DNA of 64,000 nt from a virus: positions 1 to 64,000 of the IMG/VR virus record IMGVR_UViG_3300032325_000466; one strand, given 5' to 3'. How positions within the stretch are numbered: the first letter of the stretch is position 1; each line of letters begins with the position of its first letter. The notes beneath the pieces were generated by a model. It did not search any database. It worked only from the letters and a program-made list of their open reading frames with translations, and had not been told where the DNA came from. This document shows positions 34,993 through 42,980 of the stretch, in pieces. The translations under genes and the position numbers were made by a program.

Positions 34993-35172
34993 CTATTTTT
35001 GAACTACTTCTTTTCTAAGCGCATCTTTCCTCATCAGCATACTACGCTGAGTTCCTTGACGATGCACTTTGATATATTCTATGCCCTCGATTAGCTGAGG
35101 TTGTTTGAGGTCTTCAACGAAGCATTCAAATTTTTCTTTATTGAAAACATTTTCGAATTTAACTACTTTCAT
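34993..35172 (-). CDS. Small hypothetical protein (start MKVVKF)
   Basis: GGAG RBS; track start overlaps a tRNA. Confidence 0.65.
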   Translation of the reverse strand: MKVVKFENVFNKEKFECFVEDLKQPQLIEGIEYIKVHRQGTQRSMLMRKDALRKEVVQK

Positions 35173-35199
35173 GTTTAATGCTCCTTGTTGTAAATAACG

Positions 35200-35277
35200 T
35201 GGTACCCTAGGAGAGATTCGAACTCTCAAAAAACCAGTACCTTAAACTGGCGCGTCTGCCAATTTCGCCACTAGGGT
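35200..35277 (-). tRNA. Leu-type tRNA with AAG anticodon and no long variable arm
   Basis: D-region identical to tRNA-Leu(TAG); CCAGT-TT-AAG-GT-ACTGG; variable region is a T run. Confidence 0.75.
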
Positions 35278-35281
35278 AAAA

Positions 35282-35575
35282 TCAGATAACTAATCCAATT
35301 AAATGAACAATTATCATGCCTGCAATACCACCAACACATGTTGCTACAATGTCTGCAAATTCAACATGATGGGGAGGTGCTAGCCATTTCTTTTCAGCTA
35401 TTTTATTAGTGATGTAGTCATACATTTCTTTACCGATAGCCGCTATCAATACTGCGCTGGTTGCGGCTATGATTTCATATCCCATTCCAATAAGCGAACT
35501 TACTGCATAGGTGATTAAAAATATAACCGCGCCGGCTATGATATGCTTAATTTTATCTTGTGCTAAGTTTAACAT
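35282..35575 (-). CDS. Small membrane protein
   Basis: QDKIKHIIAG...GKEMYD...DIVATCVGG; three TM segments. Confidence 0.7.
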   Translation of the reverse strand: MLNLAQDKIKHIIAGAVIFLITYAVSSLIGMGYEIIAATSAVLIAAIGKEMYDYITNKIAEKKWLAPPHHVEFADIVATCVGGIAGMIIVHLIGLVI

Positions 35576-35622
35576 ATTACATTCCTTTATAGTAGAATAT
35601 AATATTTATGCACATAAGAATT

Positions 35623-35697
35623 TGGCGGGGGTATCAGGATTTGAACCTGAACTGCTTCAGTCAAAGTGAAGTGTGCTGCCAGTTACACCATACCCCT
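35623..35697 (-). tRNA. tRNA-Gln(TTG)
   Basis: CT-TTG-AC. Confidence 0.9.
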
Positions 35698-35761
35698 ATA
35701 AATAATACTGAAAAACACTGTGTACCAATGTTCTTTAGTATTGCTAGAGCCTTCCTCTAGC

Positions 35762-35850
35762 TGCCAATCTTTCATCTCACATAAGAGACTCTATCCTGGA
35801 CTCCGCCCTTTTTCAGCATGTTTATAGTGCGCTGTGAGCCCGCGTTGCTC
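35762..35850 (-). ncRNA. Structured RNA motif, copy 2
   Basis: CAGC-GCACTATAAACAT-GCTG; GTCTC..GAGAT; covaries with copy 1. Confidence 0.65.
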
Positions 35851-35863
35851 AACACTTAAAAAC

Positions 35864-35899
35864 AAAAAACCCTGAGAACTTTTTAGTTTCCCAGGGTTT
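35864..35899 (-). terminator. Intrinsic terminator
   Basis: AAACCCTG...CAGGGTTT followed by T run. Confidence 0.75.
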
Positions 35900-35919
35900 A
35901 GATAAGTTAATGTTACACT

Positions 35920-36057
35920 TTACCTGTCGCCTGGGGTACCTCTTTGGTCATTCATCCCACGAATACTTGGTGTATAGGTTGGCGCAAACAACGCAAAGAC
36001 TGATAACAGCCATTGCTCAAGATGTTTGGATATATAATAACAAGTAAAGTTTTGCAT
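35920..36057 (-). CDS. Putative 45-aa leader peptide
   Basis: MQNFTCYYISKHLEQWLLSVFALFAPTYTPSIRGMNDQRGTPGDR; ends about 20 nt before the terminator. Confidence 0.4.
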   Translation of the reverse strand: MQNFTCYYISKHLEQWLLSVFALFAPTYTPSIRGMNDQRGTPGDR

Positions 36058-36440
36058 GGTTAATTTGTATTAAGTAAGTTATTTATCAGTATTCTACAAT
36101 AAGTGTCGAATATAGTCAAATTTCGTTTACCCAAATAGTTTATCCTTATTTTATAGGCGTTATAGGCTTAGAAACGGTGTGTAGGTTCTGTTTTGTACCT
36201 AGTGCTTCTTTTTTTGGGCTTGCTGACACGATCTTTGATTTATCAGTGGCTACTATCTCATGTATTAGTTGCTTACCCGTATTAGTTTGTTTTGAGGTTG
36301 TCATAGTTCATTTACTCTTTAGCATATCTAATACTTTTGCTTGGATGTTTTTCGCATATGCGGGTTGTGGGAAGTTCCAACCAATAAATGCACCTATAGC
36401 TAACCAAAATAGTGTTTCTAACATAGTGTTCTCCTTTACT

Positions 36441-36998
36441 CTATTTAGTCACGGCATATACTACCCAGCCCAGTTTAAATAAATCTTGGCGGATTTCATC
36501 GGTTATACAGCCTTCGCCCACATATGCTTGACTTTCTTTATATCTCATTAGTTCATCTAAATTTAGATGATCAAGTTCTTCTTGATTAAGTGGGTCGTAG
36601 TTTGAACCAGTGCAGTACCAATCTAGATAGTCACCTTCTTGTCTTATGTTAGCAACGATTCCGCCTGCATATCGCCAAGAACAACTCCAACTCTTATCAA
36701 GTAGAATAGTCCAAACTTCATTTTTGATGAACTCATTATTGCAAAGAGCAGCGTATAGATTTTGTGCATAAACACGATCTAGGCACTTTTCTGCTACCCA
36801 GTCAACCGTGCGTAGATCGTATTCTAAGTTGTTTTCAGCCCAGCGGGGATCGCTTTCTCGTTGCACAGTGTTTGCCTCTTCATCTGCGTAGTATTTAACC
36901 CTTAGGTTAAAATCTTCATCGGTTAGTTGTCCCCGTTCTTTTTCCCGAGTTAAATTATCTAGTAGAAATTTTAAGTTACTTGGGCTTGATCTAAGCAT
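36441..36998 (-). CDS. Phage hypothetical protein
   Basis: YAQNLYAALCNNEF...WSCSWRYAGGIVA...DYLDWYC. Confidence 0.7.
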   Translation of the reverse strand: MLRSSPSNLKFLLDNLTREKERGQLTDEDFNLRVKYYADEEANTVQRESDPRWAENNLEYDLRTVDWVAEKCLDRVYAQNLYAALCNNEFIKNEVWTILLDKSWSCSWRYAGGIVANIRQEGDYLDWYCTGSNYDPLNQEELDHLNLDELMRYKESQAYVGEGCITDEIRQDLFKLGWVVYAVTK

Positions 36999-36999
36999 T

Positions 37000-37614
37000 T
37001 TAATTTCTCTTACTTTTTCCCTTAGCGTAAAAGATATGATTACCAATTCTCTTTACTTGTTGATATGGCCAAAGTGGGTTATCAATAAATGTGCTATGAA
37101 AGAATAGCGTAGATTTAGGTAGTACATCTGCATAAGCATCATGCGCTAGAATATCATATGCAATTTTTTCTGCTGTTTTATATTTGGGATGATTTTTAAC
37201 ATAATCACCCTTGCCCTCACATACCCAACTAAACTGACACACTTTAACCTTAGTAACTTCCCCATCTTCATCTACTTTAGTTATCACATTTGCTTGGTAA
37301 ATTACTTTGCAGGGATTGTTACCAAACCCATGTCGTACTCTGTTCATTACTACTCTGGCAACAGCTACTTGACCTAAAAATGGTTCGCTACCAGCTTCGT
37401 ATATGATATTTTTAGCCATGCAGGCTAATTGTACAGGATCTACCACTTTAGCTACAGGTTCGATAGGTGCAGTTACTGCCTTTGCAGCATTAGCTAAAAT
37501 TTGTCTTTCTTTTTCTGTAAGTTCTGCATGACCTAGATTATTATAAAGGGATAATCCAAGCCCTAATATTAGGAAGCCGGTGCAAAGCTTCATCAATGAT
37601 GTTTGTAAAATCAT
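37000..37614 (-). CDS. SleB-like cell wall hydrolase
   Basis: CMAKNIIYEAGSEP..GQVAVARVVMNRV...CQFSW...IGNHIFY. Confidence 0.9.
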   Translation of the reverse strand: MILQTSLMKLCTGFLILGLGLSLYNNLGHAELTEKERQILANAAKAVTAPIEPVAKVVDPVQLACMAKNIIYEAGSEPFLGQVAVARVVMNRVRHGFGNNPCKVIYQANVITKVDEDGEVTKVKVCQFSWVCEGKGDYVKNHPKYKTAEKIAYDILAHDAYADVLPKSTLFFHSTFIDNPLWPYQQVKRIGNHIFYAKGKSKRN

Positions 37615-37636
37615 CTCAACTCCTTAAAAAATTATT

Positions 37637-40237
37637 TTAAACTAGTGTCCAACAATCACAGTTGCATCTAATAACTTCGTCAAGTGCTTCTTGGGGTGAA
37701 TAAGTTGAAGGTAATAATGTATTTGAAGTATACAGAGTATTTAGCTCGGGAGGAACTATATTAGTATACTGCGATCCTGCTAAACTTCCTAGTACTATGG
37801 GTTTACCAACGGGTACAGGTGACCCATTTACTATGTAACTTTCATTTACTGGGTTATAATATCCATATGGGCTAAAATTACTAGGTGAATTAGCGATTAA
37901 TATGGATGTATCTTTTCTATTTAAAGTAGCGGGTATAGTGTTATCTATGGGTATTCCTGCTTCGGCTAATCTTGCCTGATTGCGAAATTCACGCATTAGA
38001 GCAACTATACTTTGTCCACCTTGAGTATCCAAATTAGAGATAGCTTCTAGTGTTTGGGCATACATATTTGGTTTAGTATTTAGTGCGTACCCAGATATAC
38101 TATCTACGAAATTAGTTTGAGTGACTGGAGTAGATGCGATTACATCTTCTCTAGGGGTAGGTAATGGGGGTTGTAGCCCTTTTTCTCTAGCTCTTTGTTC
38201 TATTGTTAACTGTGTACCAGTGGCATTCCAAGCATCATTTAGTGCGGTAGCTCGCTCTAGGCTAGTAGCAAAAATTCTTGCTATCTCAGCGTTGGCCTGA
38301 TCTATTAAATTTTGTACGGTGGTATTCATACTAGGCCAGCCAGAGCCCGGGGGAGGATCAATGATTAGTATTGGTTGATCGATTGGTGGTACATCATTAT
38401 TCGGACCAGTCGGTGTATAAACTACTGGCACACCCGGACTAGTAAGTTGTAAATCATATACTTTACCGTATGTAGTGGCTATATCTTGTGGATTGGTACT
38501 AATTTTGCAAGTTGCAGTTGCCCCCGATCCGCCGGTAATAGATACTGATGGTACCGACCCATATCCGCCACCGCCATTTGTTAGCGACACTCCAGTAATT
38601 TGATAATACCAAATACCAGCTGCTTCATATGTAGAGTATGATACTGTTCCTGTAGCGTTAGCCCAAGACGCCGCCAAATACAAGTCAAGATAAATTCTAC
38701 TTAGAGTATCTGTACCCAGTGCTAAGAGTTGTTCTTCAATTATACCAAATAATTTATTATAGGGTGTACCTGACATGCTACCAAAAAAGTCACCCATTGT
38801 ATAAGTACCTTGTGGGCCACTACCCAGTGCTAATAGTGCTTTACCTTGAGCTTGTAATTCTGCATTAGTAGGGATATCAGTACCATTAATATTCAGTCCC
38901 CTAATAGTTTCTAAGTTTGTAACCAGTTGAGCAAACTTTTCTATAGGTACATTTACAATATTTTTTATCTGTCCCATAGATGCTGCAAATGCTCCCGCTG
39001 CGATAGCGACATCAGTTGGTAAAATACCAAATACATACGCACCTAATCCTTCTTTTAATGTTTGCACATTAATAGTACCCAGTGCGTTATTTTCAGTAGA
39101 AGTAGGAATAAAAGAAGTAGTATTAGCAAACTGGCTAGTAACTGCAGGTGAAGTTAAGCGCATATTAATGCCGCCATTTTCATATATTGGATAATAAGTT
39201 TTGCTATTAGTTATTTGAGATGAAGCATTGTAAACGGGTACAGTTAGAGTTTGATAACTACTGGGAAACATTTTTTTAATATTTAACAAGTCTACTAGTG
39301 ATTCTAGTCCTTGTGTATTACAATTCAGGGGTATCAATACACTCTGTAAGTCATTGGCTAAAATAACACTAAAAGCCCCATATAGTTTGCGCTCTTGGTC
39401 GATTGTAGGCGGGGCGGCATTATTTAACAGTGAACTAAATTCAGACACAGTTATGCCACTAGATAATATAGCCAAGCTTACTGCTTTTGTTATACCGTTG
39501 TTTAATTTTAAAGTATCTAATAAATTAGAAGGTAAGCCAAAAGAGTTTATATAAGTTAAATCTAAAGCTTTACCTAAATTGATTAAATCTTGTCCAAACT
39601 GTATAGTAGCCAAACTGACTCCGGTAACATCACCTGTTATCATATCGTTCATGTTACTATAAGTTCCCTGCATGAACTTAGCAGCATTATCAACTGAAGT
39701 GATAGTGGGATTAGTATAATCAATAAACCCTGATACTGTACCAAATGATGCTAAGAAGTCAGAATAGTTAGGCAGGGTATTGTTATAATTGAATTCATTA
39801 TATGCTTGGTATGCAAACAGTCTAATATAGCCCCAACTGGTAGCTTCATTGCCTGCGGTATATTGTGCGCCTCCCCAACCTCTGGGTGCAGAAGTAAGAC
39901 CTATACCATATGGTCCAGGTGCTTGATCCCAAGTAAAAGTTGGTGCTCGTGCATTGCCTAGTGCTGGTATACTAGTGCTACCTATTGAGATTAAGTTATT
40001 GTATACTTCATCGGTAAGGTTCTTGGTTGGAGTATTGTTAAGATAGCCTGCCCTGATAGCGTATGTTAATGCTTTTAGAACGGTGTTGTTACATATAGAA
40101 CCCAGTGTGTATTGAGCTAAACTAGTACTGCTACCCATATAGCCAGTAGCTACTGAATTAATATTCAATCCAGTATTGGTAAGTAATGAGCCTAAGACAT
40201 TGACTCCCAGTGGACTTTGCGTAGCTGTAGTAGTCAT
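37637..40237 (-). CDS. Large putative virion structural protein
   Basis: 866 aa, T/G/N-rich, directly after the PAAR gene. Confidence 0.55.
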   Translation of the reverse strand: MTTTATQSPLGVNVLGSLLTNTGLNINSVATGYMGSSTSLAQYTLGSICNNTVLKALTYAIRAGYLNNTPTKNLTDEVYNNLISIGSTSIPALGNARAPTFTWDQAPGPYGIGLTSAPRGWGGAQYTAGNEATSWGYIRLFAYQAYNEFNYNNTLPNYSDFLASFGTVSGFIDYTNPTITSVDNAAKFMQGTYSNMNDMITGDVTGVSLATIQFGQDLINLGKALDLTYINSFGLPSNLLDTLKLNNGITKAVSLAILSSGITVSEFSSLLNNAAPPTIDQERKLYGAFSVILANDLQSVLIPLNCNTQGLESLVDLLNIKKMFPSSYQTLTVPVYNASSQITNSKTYYPIYENGGINMRLTSPAVTSQFANTTSFIPTSTENNALGTINVQTLKEGLGAYVFGILPTDVAIAAGAFAASMGQIKNIVNVPIEKFAQLVTNLETIRGLNINGTDIPTNAELQAQGKALLALGSGPQGTYTMGDFFGSMSGTPYNKLFGIIEEQLLALGTDTLSRIYLDLYLAASWANATGTVSYSTYEAAGIWYYQITGVSLTNGGGGYGSVPSVSITGGSGATATCKISTNPQDIATTYGKVYDLQLTSPGVPVVYTPTGPNNDVPPIDQPILIIDPPPGSGWPSMNTTVQNLIDQANAEIARIFATSLERATALNDAWNATGTQLTIEQRAREKGLQPPLPTPREDVIASTPVTQTNFVDSISGYALNTKPNMYAQTLEAISNLDTQGGQSIVALMREFRNQARLAEAGIPIDNTIPATLNRKDTSILIANSPSNFSPYGYYNPVNESYIVNGSPVPVGKPIVLGSLAGSQYTNIVPPELNTLYTSNTLLPSTYSPQEALDEVIRCNCDCWTLV

Positions 40238-40515
40238 GGAACAAATACATCAGGTGAACCCTCAACGATACTATGACCGCAAGAATTCCCTGATCCTACT
40301 TTAAGTACAGGTTTCCCATCTGCAAAAACAGTAGAGCTACCACTAGTAGTTTTAGCATTAGTATGCCTTTTGTTCTTCTTATTATTAGGTGGGTGAGGGG
40401 TGATAGAACTTTCATGTATGCCAACTGGTTTACCATTGGCAAGCACGGTGCTAGCACCTTTCATAATCTTTCCGCCTGCTTGATTAGCGTCACCCACTCT
40501 ACTTAGTTTTGGCAT
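40234..40515 (-). CDS. PAAR spike-tip protein (gp5.4-like)
   Basis: RVGD...GASTVLANGKPV...GSSTVFADGKPV...CGHSIVEGSPDVF. Confidence 0.9.
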   Translation of the reverse strand: MPKLSRVGDANQAGGKIMKGASTVLANGKPVGIHESSITPHPPNNKKNKRHTNAKTTSGSSTVFADGKPVLKVGSGNSCGHSIVEGSPDVFVP

Positions 40516-40517
40516 TC

Positions 40518-40823
40518 TTATCCTATGATCAATTTTTTGCTTGGTACTGTAATGCCCGAAGTTGCTTCTAAATATTTAGCTTTTACATTTTCTTCGGTTA
40601 GTGCAAAAATAGCAATACTCAGAGTATTTAGCTTAATTGTAGAGTCAGGATTTGCAGTAAACAAGCTGGGAACTAGTCCCATACCCTGTGGTCCTGGTGC
40701 TACACTGACTGGATTAGAGATGTTGACATAACCATCGCCCGACGCACTTGGTTTTATTTTAGCAATTAACTCTTCCCCTGAATTTAATTTTATAGTGTAT
40801 ACTTCGTTTACTGTAAATAGCAT
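40518..40823 (-). CDS. Sm-like fold hypothetical protein
   Basis: TIKLNSGEELIA...YLEATSGITVP. Confidence 0.6.
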   Translation of the reverse strand: MLFTVNEVYTIKLNSGEELIAKIKPSASGDGYVNISNPVSVAPGPQGMGLVPSLFTANPDSTIKLNTLSIAIFALTEENVKAKYLEATSGITVPSKKLIIG

Positions 40824-40824
40824 A

Positions 40825-41052
40825 TTATTCCTTTGTTAGTTTTTGTTTAAGTTCGGTGTATCCTCCCACATACTCTTCACCCATGAAGATTTGTGGTACT
40901 GTGCGAGCCGATGGTACTGCTTCTAATAATTGTTCTTTTGTCCAATCTATTCCAATGTTTCTTTCTTCATACTCAATGCCCTTATTTTTCAATAAAGCCT
41001 TTGCTTGATCGCAATTAGGGCAATTGGGTTTAGTCCATACTATAAATTTCAT
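40825..41052 (-). CDS. Glutaredoxin
   Basis: CPNC, RTVPQIF, YVGGY. Confidence 0.95.
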   Translation of the reverse strand: MKFIVWTKPNCPNCDQAKALLKNKGIEYEERNIGIDWTKEQLLEAVPSARTVPQIFMGEEYVGGYTELKQKLTKE

Positions 41053-41069
41053 ACTTAGTCGTCTCCCGA

Positions 41070-42170
41070 TTATAACTGAGGCAAGTCATCATAGTTAATG
41101 TCTCCACCTAAAACTCCTATTACATAATTTGTGCTTTCTGTTTCTTGTAGAGCGGCTTGTTTGTTAGAAGTATTGGAATGCTTGTTAAACCATGGTATAG
41201 GAGTAGACTTTGGTGCCGGGCTATTATATCGTATACCAATTTCTTTAAGTGCTGCCACTGCTGTATAATCAACGAAGTCTTTTAATACAACTGCGTTTAA
41301 ACCAATAACCGGGCCCTTTTTAAACAGATAATCTGCCCAAGCTTTTTCTTCTCTAATCACATCCATATAAAGCGCATATACATCAGCTTCGCATTCTTGT
41401 TTAGCTTTGGCAAACCTAGCATCTTCTTTTACTACTTGGTTGATCATCCAAGCTGTCCACTCTTTATGTAGTAACTCATCTTGCAGAATTAAACTAATGA
41501 TGTTACCATTGCCAATAAAGATTTTATTCTCTACCATTGCTAAACTTGTAGCAAAACTAACCATAAATCTAAAGGCTTCTAGCGCATAACTAGCATGTAA
41601 TGCCATCCAAACTGCACGAATATGCACTTCTTCAGGTACTGATTCTCCTAACTCTTTTGCACAGTTGATAAGATGTAGTTCATCATAATACTTGCCCACA
41701 GAGCTTGCCATATTAACGATTTCTTCTGTATCGTGAATTGAATTAAAGATTTCTTTTGGCACATTATAAATGTTGCGAATAATGTGGCTATAGCTGCGAC
41801 TGTGTATATTTGTTTCAAAGAATGACCAATTATACATGAGTGCTTCTAATTCAGGTAAGCTAATACAGGGAGTAAAAACTTGTGCTGGGCCTCGACCTTG
41901 TAAACTATCTAGTGCAGTTTGTCTTAGTAAATTGCTAGTAAAAATATGTTTGACTGCATCACTAGAATCTTTAAAGTCATTGGCATCTTTGGTCAAAGAG
42001 ATTTCTTCAGGAATCCAAAAGAATCCCCTTGCTGTTTGTTCTATTTTTTGTATCTTAGCATACTTTACTTCTTCAAATCTCTGAACAGTAACTGGCCCCG
42101 CTGGGTCAAGAAACATCTTTCTGTTCAGGTAATCTGTCTTTGTCTGTAGGTTGTATTGTAGTTTGGACAT
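41070..42170 (-). CDS. nrdB: Ribonucleotide reductase class Ia beta subunit
   Basis: FFWIPEEI, QTALDSLQGR, ETNIHSRSY, LEAFRF, DELLH, ALQETE. Confidence 0.97.
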   Translation of the reverse strand: MSKLQYNLQTKTDYLNRKMFLDPAGPVTVQRFEEVKYAKIQKIEQTARGFFWIPEEISLTKDANDFKDSSDAVKHIFTSNLLRQTALDSLQGRGPAQVFTPCISLPELEALMYNWSFFETNIHSRSYSHIIRNIYNVPKEIFNSIHDTEEIVNMASSVGKYYDELHLINCAKELGESVPEEVHIRAVWMALHASYALEAFRFMVSFATSLAMVENKIFIGNGNIISLILQDELLHKEWTAWMINQVVKEDARFAKAKQECEADVYALYMDVIREEKAWADYLFKKGPVIGLNAVVLKDFVDYTAVAALKEIGIRYNSPAPKSTPIPWFNKHSNTSNKQAALQETESTNYVIGVLGGDINYDDLPQL

Positions 42171-42291
42171 TTTTTTTCTCGTAAATTTTTTTAACTTTTG
42201 CAGCTAAGGTAGCATATTCTTCGTCTGATAACCAATGTGAGCTATCACAAAAAGGTGGTCTAAAGGTTCTACCGCAAGTGCATTTGCTCAT
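42106..42291 (-). CDS. CDGSH iron-sulfur domain protein
   Basis: CTCGRTFRPPFCDSSH matches CxCx2Tx3PxCD(G)SH. Confidence 0.7.
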   Translation of the reverse strand: MSKCTCGRTFRPPFCDSSHWLSDEEYATLAAKVKKIYEKKNVQTTIQPTDKDRLPEQKDVS

Positions 42292-42296
42292 ACCAA

Positions 42297-42941
42297 TTAG
42301 TATTTTCCTGATGCCAGTACTATTTTGCAAACATGTTCGAGGCGTTCTATGTGTTCATATGCACGCCAAGGGCTAGTATCTATAGAAACAATACCATGAC
42401 CCTTGATGCCTACTATATCATACAGCATATTTCCACTAGAGTCAAGCCCTAGCTGTTCATGGCAGTTGGTACCCAATTCTTCAGAGATTGGTGCTACTAC
42501 TCCAACACTTGGTGCTACTCGGGTATAGCGACTTAGTTCTGGGAAGTCTTTAACTAGTTCATCTAATTTTATACCCGCATGCATAGCAGCAACAATATAA
42601 GTTGGATGCAGATGAACTACTACCCTTATATCATGCTCGCCCATTTCTTTTTGTAGTCCAAAATGCAGTGGCAATTCACCACTGGGCTTTAAGTTTTTAC
42701 TGATATCGGTGTAGGGTTCATCAGTCCAATGGTAGTTGAAGCCATTGGGACCAGATAGTATAGCCCGCTCGATACCAATTTTTTTAAATTGGTCAGGTTG
42801 TAGAGTTTGTTTTCTAACACCACTGGGAGTAATGTAAAAATAATCATGAGCGCGATCACGCATACTGATATTACCGTCACGACTAGTAATCCAATTTCTA
42901 CTGTAAGCATCTACTAATATTTCGCAAATAGTTTCTAACAT
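42297..42941 (-). CDS. Class II aldolase/adducin family protein
   Basis: DGNIS..., ITPSG, PSGELPLH, VVHLHP, GHGIVS. Confidence 0.9.
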   Translation of the reverse strand: MLETICEILVDAYSRNWITSRDGNISMRDRAHDYFYITPSGVRKQTLQPDQFKKIGIERAILSGPNGFNYHWTDEPYTDISKNLKPSGELPLHFGLQKEMGEHDIRVVVHLHPTYIVAAMHAGIKLDELVKDFPELSRYTRVAPSVGVVAPISEELGTNCHEQLGLDSSGNMLYDIVGIKGHGIVSIDTSPWRAYEHIERLEHVCKIVLASGKY

Positions 42942-42980
42942 TATTGAGTCCTTAAAATAGTTATCATAACTTACAAGTAT

